Positions 12,570-25,800 of a stretch of 64,000 nt of DNA are shown here, piece after piece; the first letter of the stretch is position 1, and each line of letters starts with the position of its first letter. The notes under the pieces are model-generated. The model had not been told where the DNA came from. It saw nothing but the letters and a program-made list of their open reading frames with translations, and did not search any database. Position numbers and translations under genes: made by a program. This DNA is from Eledone cirrhosa (Eukaryota). The stretch lies in NCBI GenBank assembly GCA_964016885.1, contig OZ024744.1, forward strand, positions 50,654,001-50,718,000. The letters are read 5' to 3'.

Positions 12570-13273
12570 GTATGTGTGTGTTTTTTTGTTTTTGTATATT
12601 TCTTCTAAATTTTGTCCCTTACACAGGACAATTCTTATCCTACTCCTCATAAGTTAGGAAGGGTTCTTTAGTCAAGTCAATGAGTGGCAAGCTCCCTAAA
12701 GCTGCTACCATGATAAAATATACCCAGAACACTAACACCATGTAGAGTGGTTGGTATTAGGAAAGGCACATCTAGTAGTAGAAACCATGCCAACAACAAA
12801 GGGTTGAGGAGACTCTAGCTGTGTCAGAGACATGTCAACCTTAGTGTTGATGGCATGATAAAATGCAACCAGTATACTCTGAAAAGTAGTTGGTGTTAAG
12901 AAGGGCATCCCACTGTAGAAACCATGTCAAAAAACAAAGGGTTAAGAGGACTCTTCAGCTGTGTCACTTGCATGAAAAATGTAGTCGGTACATGTTATAA
13001 AGTGGTTTGTGCTCGGAAGAGTATCCATCCATAGAAAGCTTGTTTAAAAGGGCATAACAACCTCTCTAATGTTGACTTAAATATTCAGTATCTTGATGAC
13101 ATAATAAAATGCACCATATACACGTCAGTGAGATGCAGCCCATTTGAGAGGTGAGTGGTGCCTATTAAATACTGATTTGGTCTGTGACGTTAAATGATGT
13201 AAACTATTTAACTCTTCCAATACCATATTTCTAATGATAAACCGAATCAGTGTGACAATCCATCCGAGAGGCT

Positions 13274-13622
13274 TCTAGTGTCCCAAATAAGGGGGGGGGG
13301 GTGCAAACTCGATAATTTAGGTTGTCTCTGTTGAATTTATTTATTTTTTTTTTTTCAATATGTAAACCAGAATGCCATTCGGTTTACATATTGAAACCCC
13401 ACTCCATCTTATTTATTTTATAACATATGGGATTTTTTGTAATGTACTTTTTTTGTCATGTATAAAGATTTTAAATATATAAAGAAAATTGTCACAGGAA
13501 TTCTACCACTTAAAATAAAATTTCGCCTGAGATAGATTATCAAAATTTAATAAGCAGGGGAGTTGGAAAAAATGTGAAAAATTAATAAGCGGAATGGAAC
13601 GATTATTCGAGACCCTAGAGTA
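13274..13622. mobile_element. Possible old DNA-transposon MITE with internal palindrome
   Basis: Imperfect TIRs tctagtgtcccaaataa / ttattcgagaccctaga; internal 16-bp perfect stem at 13353-13396. Confidence 0.4.
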
Positions 13623-14145
13623 CCCAGTTTTACTCACTTTATCTATCTGTCTACTACCTCATTGTATTGTTTTCACTTCATCCAATGAACAAGAGAACTG
13701 TATTGGTTATCTCCCTTCTATACATTTACTAAGTACGAATTCTGTCGAAAAAGTATCCAACTGAAGTTGGGGGAATGCGGGGTGGGGGATTATGTACGTG
13801 TATTTGGGGTTCCAATTGCTTATCCCTTTGAAGTAGGCCTCTTGTGTCTCCACATTCAGCAATCCCTCCACCGAATTCTTTTTCTTCTAGAATGGCTCTT
13901 GGTTCTTTCAAAGTCCACATGATGTGCTTTCTGCCCTCAAAGCAGGAGCTTTTCAGTTACATCTTCATTTTTGGCAACAAGCAAAACTTAGGAGGACCCA
14001 TATCTAGTACCAGTCTAGTTCAATTGCTTATCCCTCCTTCAAAGTTAGCCCTTATACTTCCACGCATAACTCAGCGATACTTCCATTATTGACTGGAACA
14101 TTTATCTATCAATCTAACTTTTTCCTTCCATCTCCCATTATTTTT

Positions 14146-14330
14146 GTGGATTGGCAGTATCGGTAGAGGGTCGGACGCCATGCTTTCCAGCATAGTTACG
14201 TCCCTTTACGATCTGAGTTCAAATCCCGCCGAGGTTGACTTTGCCTTTCGTCCTTACGGGGTCGATAAAATAAAGTACCAGTAATGCACTGGGTAATTGC
14301 TGGCCTTGTGCCTAAAGTAGAAACAATTAT
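14146..14330 (+). mobile_element. SINE family A copy
   Basis: Same ~185-bp sequence. Other copies at about 16405-16548(+), 24240-24432(-), 29840-29955(+, TSD attatgtaataaagggaat), 56923-57112(+), 57605-57792(+), 57954-58137(-) and 62133-62322(+). Confidence 0.88.
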
Positions 14331-15364
14331 TTTTTCTTCCAATCAAATGTTTATAGTAATAGACAGATTGTTGGGGACATTTGCAGTATTTAAGTAGAGA
14401 TTTTGCTATTTAATGTGATGCAATCATAGTGCTGTTTCGTACTCTTCAACAATGTGTTGCTAATATGGTTTTAAGTGGCTTATTAATTCAAATGTTTATA
14501 GTATCTTTACTAGTAGTCAGATTGTGAACATTTGCAATATTAGAGTAAAGCCTTTTTAATATTTAATGTGATGTAGTCATAGTGTTGTTTTGTACTCTTT
14601 AAGAATGTCTTGCTAATGTGGTTTGGTAATTCCAATTCCAACTAGTGGACAGATTGTTATGAACATTTACAGTATTAAAGTAAAGATTTTAAAATTTAAT
14701 GTGATGCAGTTATGTGGGTGAGTTAAGATAGTAATCTTGACTCTTAACATCTATCTACCTACTTGTCTATCTCACATTATTTTCATTGTCATCCAATCGT
14801 TAGTTTTTCTTCTTCTGTATGAGAATTTCTGTCTCCGGTTGTCGATCAAGATCAGAGAACCCATGTGGAGGTTGATTACTTGGGCCCCATCCAGTTGATA
14901 ATGAACTAGTATTGGTTACCTCCCTTGTATCAATTTATATAAGCAGTTGACCTAGCTGAAAACTAGATACATTCACCTTTTTCATACCAACTGACTCCTG
15001 CTTCTCTGAAACAAACCACCCATTTTATAGAGGGCCAGTTTGTTTAAATTTTCCGACATAATTTTATATAAGAAACATGTTAATTTACTATCTCAGTAAT
15101 AAAATAATTAATTTTAATAAATCCCTCAAACTTGTATAATTAAAACAAAGGATTCCTTTAAATTAAAATATTGCAGCAATATTTTATGGGAGCCATATAT
15201 TAAGTTACTCTCTTCGGAATTATATCATTAATAATTTGAGTAAATTCCTATTTCAGTCAGGATAGACACAAAAGAAAGTTTTCATTTGACACTTTAATAG
15301 CATAAAGCCTTGGGTTGGTGTGGAAAATCTATGAATTAAATATTATGTTCTTGCTTTGGTATTC

Positions 15365-15705
15365 ATCATCATCATCATTTCATTTTACGTCCACTTTTCC
15401 CTGCTTGCAAGGGTGAGACGGGAACTGATTCTGGCTTGATTTCTACAGCTGGATGCCCTTCCTAACACCAACCTCATTTACAGTGAGTGCTGGGTGCTTT
15501 TTTGCCGTGGCACCTGCACGACCACTTTGCAGTGGAATGATAGGGACCCCTGTCCCTATCATCTCATTTCTACAGCTGAGTAAACTGGAGCAATGTGAAA
15601 TAAAGTGTCTTGCTCAAGGAAACAACACATCACCCAGTCTGAGAATTGAACTCACAACCTTTCGATTGCCAGTTCATTGCTCTAACCACTAAGCCATGTT
15701 CCTCC
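15365..15705 (-). mobile_element. tRNA-headed SINE (family B) with RTE-derived 3' tail
   Basis: Minus strand has A box tggcttagtgg and B box gagttcaattc. The tail shares ggttggtgttaggaagggcatccagctgtagaaatcaagcc and (ATG)n with the RTE 3'UTR. Copies at 22480-22814(-) and 10960-11262(+). Confidence 0.85.
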
Positions 15706-16720
15706 ATTATAGAGGGCCATACATATATATGTATATATATTTATATATATGTGGTAGTGAGACATGGGCAGCAACTGCGGAGGATATGCGAAGGCTGGAG
15801 AAAAATAAAGCAAGCATCCTTTGATGTATGTGCAATGTCAATGTGCATGAACAACCAAGCATGGACAAGTTGAGAGTGAAATTGTGTATAAGAGGGATAA
15901 ACTGTAGTGTGCAGGAGAGAAGACTGCATTGGTATGACCATGTGATGCACATGGAAGATGACCGCTGAGTTAAGAAGTGCCAAGAAATCTTGGTGGAAGG
16001 AACATCAGAAAAAACATGGGCGGAGGTGGTGAGAGCTGACCTCAGCTCGCTGAAACTCACAGAGATGACGAGGAACCGTGACAAATGGAGAGATGCTGTG
16101 CTGAAGAGGACTCGTCCCACCCTTACAAACAAGGAAAAGCCAACGTAAAATGATGATGATGAGGATGATATATATATATTGGCATGAGTAGGATGGGTTG
16201 TCACAGTCCATGACCAGATGAGCTGGAGTGACCTTATCTTGCTCATACATTCCATATTTGGAATGGTTTCCATGGCTTGCTGGCATTCTTCACATCAGCC
16301 ACCTTACAGGGTGTGCAGAGTGCATTTTATGATAACATTAACACTAAAAAGGTTGTCATCCACATACCATATATGCATTATCATCATCATCATCATTATT
16401 TAACAGAGCGTCAGACAGCATAGACGTTTTAAATTCAAATCCTGCCAAGGTTAACTTTGCCTTTCATCATTACGGGGTCGATAAAATAAAGTACCAGTAA
16501 TGCACTGGGGAAATTGCTGTCCTTATGCCAAAAGTAGAAACAATTATTTAACATTCTCTTTCCTTAAAAGGATTAGACAGGTCATCACCGACCAAGTCTG
16601 TACCTCTCAGATGAGGGGGAGGGAGAATGGAAGGTGGGCTCTTTATGTACTGTTCAATTATGATTGTTAAGAAATGCTTATTCTAATTAATTGTCTGTTT
16701 TTTTTTTTTCTTGTATTTAG

Positions 16721-16864
16721 GGGCCACTGAAGATGCAATTAACCAAGCTTGGGAGGCATTTCATGCACATTTGGCCAACGCCAAAAAGGGCCACCAGCAA
16801 CCACCAGATTATACTGATGAAGAACTACTAATGGAAGAGAGAGACTTTGAACAGGAATTTTCTG
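16721..16864 (+). CDS. NBEA: Neurobeachin/LRBA orthologue, linker exon
   Basis: T-rich tract ttgtatttag|, donor |gtaaaa. Encodes (G)ATEDAINQAWEAFHAHLANAKKGHQQPPDYTDEELLMEERDFEQEFS, an acidic linker between DUF1088 and PH. Phase 1/1 joins both neighbours in frame. Confidence 0.85.
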
Positions 16865-18367
16865 GTAAAATATTATTGTTGTTATATAAAAAATCATTAT
16901 TTTTATTGTGTATATTCATATATATATATACATATAAATATATATGATGGCTGCCCCCTCATTATTGAGTATGAATATTGAATGATAATAAAAAAAAAAA
17001 TACACATGTACATATATATATACAAACACACATGCATATAAATAATTAACGGTGCAGCAATCGAATGTGGCTTTTTAGCCCAACCAATGATCTAAAATGT
17101 CTTGCGCAGAGTTGGCAACCATGATAAAAACATTAGCTGGCTGTGGTTGGTCGTCATGTACTTTTGCATATCGTTTGAACCCTCCTGCTGATCTGCACTC
17201 TTTTCCACATATTTCACAGTTATGATGATATATATATATATAGGAAAAGAATCAGGACCCCTACAGCTGAGCCCCGGCCATTTCAACAGCTAGATCCGAA
17301 CTAACCCAGCAGTATATATATATATATATATTTCACACACACATATTTTATTGGCTAGGTTTGAAGAAAGGGGCTGTGCCCTGCATGACTTTTGCAAGCC
17401 TTCTGAGACTGATGAGATTGTTTAACACTTTTGACACCAACCTGATCAAAACTGCTGTCTCTCTGAAACAAAATCACTAATTTTAAAGGGTTTTTAGTTT
17501 AATTAAAATCTTCCAACTAGCAGAAAAGGTAGACTGTATCTGTATCAGTAAGAGCATCAATGAAATAAACTTTTTCCAATCCCAGGAATGATCTATAGAA
17601 GTAGCTGATAGCTTCTGCTACATGATCTAATTAGTAGTGGCAGATCTAGCATAAGAATGTAATGGGTAAATTTCAGAGAGCTATTACTTCTGTTGACAAC
17701 TAAAGGTTTCTCTCTACAAAAGAAAGGCCAACTGTATGATGCCTGTTTGTGTTGCTCGATGTTGCATAATAGTGAGATATGGGCAACAAATGCAGAGGAT
17801 ATGCAAAGTTTAGAGAGAAATGAAGCAAGCATGCTCTAGTGGATGTATAACATTAATTTGAGTGAATAACAAAGCATGAATGAGCTGAGAGAAAAGCTAG
17901 ATATAGGAAGAATTAGATATAGTGTGCATGAGTGAAGACTTCGCTGGTGTGGATATGTGATACATATGCCTGATGATTGTTGGATGACGATGCCTCAAGA
18001 AATCCCAGTTGAAGTCTGTTACAGTAGAAGTAAAGCATAGTAGACCTGGGCAAAGAGTTTTAAGAGCTGATCCCAAATCACACAAGCTCACAGAGGAGAG
18101 GACGAAAGTCTGCAACATGTAAAGAGATGCTCTGCTGGAAAAGATCTGTCCATGCCATGCAAGCATAGAATAACAAACAAAATAATGATGCCAATTCTAT
18201 ATAAGAACCATATGTTAGGTTTCTATCTTAGTACTAAAATTAATAATTTAGAAAATACCTCAAAATTCTTCATTAATTAATTGAAATGCAGAGTTCCTAT
18301 TTAAAATAAAATCTTCCAACATAATTTTATATAAGAACTACAGCTGGATGCCTTTCCTAACACAAAC

Positions 18368-18645
18368 TACCTTACAGCTTGTACTGGAAACATTTTATCA
18401 TGGCACCTGAACTACCACCTTACAGCATATACTGGAAACATTTTATCATGGCACCTGAACTACCACCTTACAGCATATACTGGAAGTATTTTATCATGGC
18501 ACCTGAACTACCACCTTACAGCCTATACTGGAAGTATTTTATCATGGTACCTGAACTACCACCTTACAGCATATACTGGAAGTATTTTATCATGGCACCT
18601 GAACTACCACCTTACAGGGTGGACTGGGACCATTTTATCCGGGTA
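18368..18645 (+). repeat. 48-bp minisatellite, about 5.5 copies, derived from an RTE/SINE 3'UTR subunit
   Basis: Unit tactggaa(ac/gt)attttatcatggcacctgaactaccaccttacagcata, preceded by cagctggatgcctttcctaacac of the RTE tail. Confidence 0.85.
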
Positions 18646-19146
18646 CCAACATTACAAAAGTTATATCTTTGACATGACTGAAGAGTCTTTTCTCTCCTAC
18701 CCCATTGAGGTGTGGTAGGAAGGAAGGTTGATAAGTATGATGTCATGAGTAACACGAGATTGTGAGTGGAGTACAGCAGTATAATATTTAATCATTGTAT
18801 ATTTATCTGTTATATATTTTGTGAAGAGGCATGGCTTAGCAGTTAGCGAATTAGATTCGCAATCATGCTAGTTTTGATTCCTGAGCCAGGCGACGTGTTT
18901 TGTCTTTGAACAAGACACTTTATTTCATGTTGCACTTTCGCCGGGAGTTGGTAGAAAAATCAGTGGAAACATTGTTTCCTTGCTCCAATTTGACGAGTTC
19001 TACACCACTCAGTAAGCATATGAGGTCTGGGATTCTGTCAATCCCCCCCCCCTCCCCGCCAATTTTTTTATTATTATTATTTTTTTTATTTTGCAATTTA
19101 ATTCTAACTTTATTTTTGGTTTTTACTGTTTCTTGTTACTTAATAG

Positions 19147-19283
19147 GACCTGTGGCCTTATCAACATCATGTAAGTTGATTTCCATGGGGCTCGCTGTGG
19201 CAGGTACTATGTCTATTACGAAAACTGACCTCTACTTTGAAATGGATGAGGAGGATAAAGAAAACAAGAAGATATCGCCACAG
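19147..19283 (+). CDS. NBEA: Neurobeachin/LRBA orthologue, exon for the N-terminal half of the BEACH-associated PH domain
   Basis: Acceptor taatag|, donor CAG|gttagt. Encodes (G)PVALSTSCKLISMGLAVAGTMSITKTDLYFEMDEEDKENKKISPQ (cf. NBEA GPVVLSTPAQLI...GTLSIT--EIYFEVDED...KKID). Phase 1 in, phase 0 out. No next exon was found in the window. Confidence 0.92.
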
Positions 19284-19323
19284 GTTAGTGAAATCTCTTT
19301 TGATTTACTTATTATTGTCTGTA

Positions 19324-19367
<44 letters not shown>

Positions 19368-19505
19368 GTGACGAATTGACATAGTTGTTAGAACATTGGA
19401 TAGAATGCTTTATGGTATTCGTTCCTGCTCTCTGAGTTCAAATCCTGCCTTTTATCCTTTTGTAGGTGCCCCAATGACTCTATCAGGAGTTACGGGACCA
19501 TACAT

Positions 19506-22240
19506 ATCATCATCATCATCATCATTTAACGGCCATTTTCCACGCTAGCATGGGTCTGGACGGGAATTGTCCCACTTGAGGCAAGAGTGGTTGTCTTGCT
19601 CGCATAGGTTTTCTACGGCTGGATGCCCTTCATAACACCAACCACATTTACAGTGTGGGACTGGGAGGTTTTTACCGTGTTACCTACACGGCCACATTAC
19701 AGCGTGGACTGTGTGTTTTATTGTCGTGACACCTACACGTCTGGCGGGTTTTCTACGGCTGGGTGCCCTTCCTAACACCAACCACGTTTACAGTGTGTAC
19801 TGGGAGGTTTTTACCATGTCACCTACACGGCCACATTACAGCGTGGACTGTGTGTTATTTTGTTGTGACACCTACACGACTTCATTTGTTTCGGATTGGA
19901 TGTTGTGGTACCAACATAACTTTACATTGAAGGGATGGTGTGGATTGGGTGAGGATAGTGGGACGGGGGTGTATTTTGGTTAAGAGGTGCCTACTGACTA
20001 GGTTTCGCTTTGTACTTAGGCAAGGTGGGTCTTCTGTATAACTGTGTAGCGCCAAAGATCTTGGTCCAGTGACATTGTCTTGGAGAGGTGTAAGTGTGTG
20101 AGGTCGGAATTTATCAAGTCATCCCAGGTTTTTCTGGGTCTGCCTACTCCGTGGCTACCGTCTATTTTTATCGCCCTGCACTTTTTTATACAGCTGTCGT
20201 CTTTCATGTGCATCACGTGACCATACCAACGTAGTCTTCTCTCGAGTAAACAGCATCTGATCCCTCTTATTCCTAATTTCTCCCTTAGTTCGTTTATGCT
20301 TTGCCGTTCACGTATATTACTATTACACATCCAGCGGAGCATGCAAGCTTCGTTTCTCTCCAGTCTGCGTATATCCTCTGCACACAATGCCCAGGTCTCA
20401 CTGCCATGTAACATTGCTGTTCGTATGCAGGCATCATACAGCCTGCCTTTCATTTTTAGAGAGAACCCTTTAGCGGCCAATAGTGGTATAAGCTCTCTGA
20501 ACTTTTTCCATCCCGTTCTGACTCTAGCTACTGTACTTTCAGAGCACCCTCCCCCACTGTTGATTTTGTCACCCAGGTAACGGAAGCTGTCTACTATTTC
20601 TATAGAACCATCTGTGCAATGGAATGAGCTAGTATTCTCTGGGCACTTGCTGCTATTTATTGCACCAGAGCACCGGCCACATATAAAATCTATATTCTTA
20701 GTTAGCTTACCTGTGATCCCACTACATCTTTTATGCACCCATACTTTGCATTTGGGACATAAAATGGAGTTTCTGCCTACTCCTTTCCTACACACTGAGC
20801 ATGACCATTTCCCAGATGGGACCAGTGCCCTATTTTCCTTCCTACAAACTAGAACTTTAGTCTTAGACAAGTTAACTTTAAGGCTTTTTGATTCTAGGCC
20901 ATGCTTCCATGTTTGGAATTTCTTCTCTAGTTCAGCCATTGATTCAGCTATGAGCGTTAGATCATCTACATATAGGAGTTCCCATGGGCAGCCGATCTTG
21001 AACTCCTCTGTTATAGCCTGAAGGGCAATAATAAATAGTAGGGGGCTAAGGACGGAGCCCTGGTGAACACCAACTTTTACGCTAAACTCTTCACTATATT
21101 CGTTGTTAATTCTAACCTTGCTGACTGTTTCTTTATACATGGCTTGTATAGCTCTCACAAGACAAGCCATTCATCAACACCTAGTTTTCTAAGGGCCCAC
21201 CAGATAATCGAGCAGGGTACTCTGTCAAAGGCTTTCTCCAAGTCAACAAAGGCTAAGTATAGGGGTTTACTTTTAGCTAGGTACTTCTCCTGTAGTTGTC
21301 GTACAACGAAGAGAGCATCTGTTGTACTTTTACCTGACACAAACCCGAACTGCATTTCGTCTAGATCAATTTGCTCTCTGATTAGTTGCGCTATTACTTT
21401 TTCCGTGACCTTCATGACCTGGTCAATTAATTTAATGCCTCTATAGTTTCCCCTATCTAGGGCATCACCTTTACTCTTGTAGCAGTTAATGATGATGCTG
21501 CTGCGTCAGTCCTTCGGAACGACCCCATTCTGTATGACTTGGTTTACTATCCAGGTGGCCATAGTGTGTCCCACTGTTCCAGATGCTTTCAGCATTTCAG
21601 CAACTATTTCCGAAGGCCCGGCTGCCTTGCCCGTCTTCATGTTTTTGATTGCCTTACTTATTATACTACCTTCAACTTGCACTGCTGGTTCCTCTATTGG
21701 GTCGCTGTGGGGGAGACTGTCTTTCTCCCAATTATTCTCCTCATTTAGTAGCCTTTCGTAGTGACACTTCCAAGCTACCTTCTTATCAGCGTCAGTGATG
21801 GCAAGTACACCATCATCATTAAGGACACTCTTCTCCCCGACAATATCACTGTTTTTCTTTACACATTGCCTAGCAATCCTGAACACCTCACGTTTTTGGT
21901 CCTCGCGTTGTAGAACATGCTTGAACTTTCTTTCCTCTGCTTCCCTTCTTGCGAAGTACACTTGTCTCCTAGCTTCCCTCCTGGCCACTTGATAGTGTTC
22001 TCTACTTCCCCCATCCCGCCATGCTTTCCAAGCCTGCTTTTTGGCCTTGATTGACCCCTCCACCTTACTGTTCCACCACCAATTTACTCTCCTCCTGCCT
22101 ATAGGTCTGCTCCAGCCACAGGTTTCATCTGTCGCCTTCAGCAGGTTAGCTTTCAGGAATTCCCACTGTTCCTCTATATTGTACGACTCTAATTGCTCTT
22201 CCTTACTATCAAAAGCATCAAGTAATATGCTTTTAAATTT
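19506..22240 (-). mobile_element. 5'-truncated RTE-clade LINE (RT + PHD-like Cys finger + long 3'UTR), disabled
   Basis: Motifs MQFGF...TTDALF, LYLAFVDLEKAFDRVP, GVHQGSVLSPLLF, LLYVDD, then CSVC...CPKCKVWVHKRC...FICGRC and RRLRWYGHV...GRPRKTW. Ends in an (ATG)n tail. Confidence 0.92.
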
Positions 22241-22284
22241 ATTAATGTATGCTCTTTAGTGCAATTAACTTTAACTGTCTTCGG

Positions 22285-22836
22285 TTAACCCTTTAGCATT
22301 TAAACCGGTCATATTCGGCTAGAATTTTCTCGGGTCTTTCTGTTCAAACCAGCCATAACTGGCCACTCATACTGATGTTAAGGTATTGTTCTCAAAATAA
22401 ATATCAAAATCTCATAGGTTGGATATTATGTGAAATAAAGCCTTTACCATGAAACTACAAAAGTATATATAGAGTAATTCATTTTCATTTTCATTTTACG
22501 TCCGCTTTTCCCTGCTTGCAAGGGTGGGACGGGAACTGATTCTGGCTTGATTTCTACAGCTGGATGCCCTTCCTAACACCAACCTCATTTACAGTGAGTG
22601 CTGGGTGCTTTTTTGCCGTGGCACCTCCACGACCACTTTGCAGTGGAATGATAGGGACCTCAGTCCCTATCGTCTCATTTCTACAGCTGAGTAAACTGGA
22701 GCAATGTGAAATAAAGTCTCTTGCTCAAGGAAACAACACATCACCCGGTCTGAGAATTGAACTCACAACCTTTCGATTGCAAGGCCAATGCTCTAACCAC
22801 TAAGCCATGTGCCTAATGAAAATGCTAAAGGGTTAA
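22285..22836. mobile_element. piggyBac-type MITE interrupted by a family B SINE
   Basis: TTAA|CCCTTTAGCATT ... AATGCTAAAGGG|TTAA: perfect 12-bp TIR and TTAA target duplication. A partial copy lies at 26349-26468. Confidence 0.8.
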
Positions 22837-25800
22837 ACTGTACCTATTACCAAGAACTAAGTTTCCAGTTGAAGTAGTTTATTCAATGACCATTAATAAA
22901 GTACAGAGGGAAACATTTAATAAGATAGGGATTTACAGTATTTAGTTATAAACAGTTTATATGTTACCTTCTCTACGGTTAAGAAATTAACTGACAACTT
23001 TGTTAGGATAGTTGATGATAAGAGAAACAATAAGGAAAAAACCATCAGTATAACCATTGAAGATAAAGAAGTATTAAATCAATGGTATAAATGATGATAA
23101 TGGTCTAATAATTCAAATGATACAATGGTGAAATAACAAATATATATGTTAAAGTAATTATTGTATCTTGTTTTCAATGACTGGACTTTCCATGAAGTCA
23201 GCTTGTTATTATTGTTAGTTTTATTTTAATTACATGCTGTCATTAAGTTACTGAGCTCAGCTACGTGTGCCTTGGGTCTATGCAGCATTATGTCTATTGT
23301 GTTGTTGTTTCTATTATGATAAAAGTAAAGGTGTTGGATTAGCAAAGTCATTAAAGTGTTGGACAAATGCAATATTTGTTCTGTCAATTTATGTTTGGAA
23401 TTCAGATCCTGCCAAAGTCAGCTTTGCTTTTCATCCTTCTGAGGTCAATATTATAAAGTACTAGTCAATTACTTGAGTCGATATGATTGATTTCCCTTCC
23501 CCTAAATTTCTGGTTTTGCGCCAAAACTAAAAATTATTATAATAAAAGTACTTTTATCGTCATCATCTAATGTGTCTTTCTCACCTTAACTTTTTAAAAC
23601 AAAATTGAAGGAAGTTAGTCTGCTACTTTTTCTAATAAATCTTATCGACCACATAGACAACCATAGCCCTTCTCTTCAGCCATTGAGCCATGTATCACGA
23701 GAGAAGAGTTTTTCCTGGCACCAAATAATAGCATTTTCATCAACATACTAATTGACCATTACTTTACAAATGTTGAAGAGAGAAGAAACTAATTATTTTT
23801 CCATAATCATCATCATCATCATCGCCATCACCATCACCTTCATTTTATGTAATTTTTTCCCTGCATGTTGTCACAGATCAAGTCAATTACTTAATTGGAG
23901 CCACTGATTTTGTATGTGCATTTTATAATGGCACTAACACTAGAGAAGCCATCGTGTCTGTGACACAACTGAAGAGTCCTTTTAACCCTTTGTTTGGCAT
24001 GGTTTATCCATCTAGATGCACTTCCTAACAGAAACTACTTTATAGTTTGTACCTTGTATGTTTTATTGTCACCAATGCTGGAGAGGTTACCCTTAAGACA
24101 ACTGATGAGTCCTTCAACCTTCTTTTGGCATGGATTCTACAGCTGGATGCCCCTTCCAAACATCAAATACTTAATAGATTTACTAAAATTATTTATTTCA
24201 TTGTTAAGATAGTAACTTAACATATGGTCTTTATATAAGATAATTGTTTCTACTTTTGGCACAAGGCCAGCAATTATCCCAGTGTACTTCTGGTACTTTA
24301 TTTTATTGACCCTGTAAGGATGAAAGGCAAAGTTAACCTTGGTGGGATTTGAACTCAGATCATAAAGGGTCGTAAGTCTATGCTGCAAAGCATGGCGTCC
24401 AACTCTCTAACGATACTGCCAATCCGACCGCCCTATGTTCTTATATAAGATAATGTTGAAATATTTGAATTTAGATAGGAATCATGTATTTTATTTAATT
24501 AAGAATTTTGAGGGATTTACTAAAATTATAAATGGTTTTATTACTACAATAGAAACTTAACATATGATTCTGATATAAATTTGTTGGAAGATTTTAATTT
24601 AAATAAAACCTTTTAAAACGGGTGAGTGTGTTTCACAGAACCAGTGGCCAGTTTTAGCTAGATTGGTATCAAAAGGGTTAAGTCAGGAAACCGAGGAAAA
24701 TTTTGTTTGCTACCATTTCTAGTAATTTTATCAACCACGTAGACACCCACATCCTCACTCCTTGTTCCAATCAAATAATTTTGTCTTCATACTAATTACC
24801 CATGCCTTTACAAAGTCCAACAGAGTAGAAAACTAACTATTCTCGGGGCAATCATTAATTAAAAGGACAAGGTATTTATCATTAGGCATTTGCGACTGGA
24901 AAATTACTGTTATTGTTTAGCCCTAGGCCTCTTACACTAAATCTCCTTGAGAATTACATCAAGAGTACACGTGACAGTGGAATATTCAGCCACTTGTTCT
25001 AAAATACAAGATGGTCTATATCTATAATTCAAAGGGTCATTTTTGTTACTCCATACTGTGTCACATTATATCTCCCTGAGAATTAGGTAAAGGTACATGT
25101 GTTTGTGTGCAATACTCAACCACATACACTGTAATACTACATGGAATATACCTGTAATTCAAATATCCAGCATTGACGCCTTTTGCATCATGCTGAATCT
25201 CCCTGAGAATTACATTAGCAGTACACATGTTTGTGGAATGCTGAACCATATACAGGTTAATATCATGAGTAGGCTATTCTATTAATCAAACAACTGGAAC
25301 ACTTATCAAAACCAACAGTAGTCCATAAGCAAAGGCATAGCCATGTGGTTAAGAAGTTTGCTTAACAATCTTTTGATTTCTGGGTTCAGTATTGCTGCAC
25401 ATAACCTTGGGCATGTCATCTTCAGTAGCCTCAGGTTGACCAATGAATTGTAAGTAGAATTTGATAGACAAAAACTGCAGAAGTCTATTGCATGTATATT
25501 TGTGTGTGTGTATTATCATCATTTAACGTCTATCTTCCACGCTACCATGGGATAGATGGGTTTGTTCCGTTTGAAGCAAGTTTGGACAGGTGACCGTGTT
25601 TCACTCATATAGGAGTGTTTCTGGCTGGTTTCTACGGCTGGATGCCCTTCCTAATGTCAACCACATTTACAGTGTGGGCTGGGTGCTTTTTACTGTTGTC
25701 TCCTATACGACTACTTTACAGTGTGGGCTGGGTGCTTTTTACCAAGTCTCCTACATGATTACTTTACAGAGTAAGGGTGGTGTGGAAGGGAGGTGTAGGG

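Noticed and set aside
14146-14235. tRNA genes suggested by A/B boxes
   Set aside because: The boxes belong to multi-copy SINE heads with TSDs and non-tRNA bodies; no full cloverleaf.
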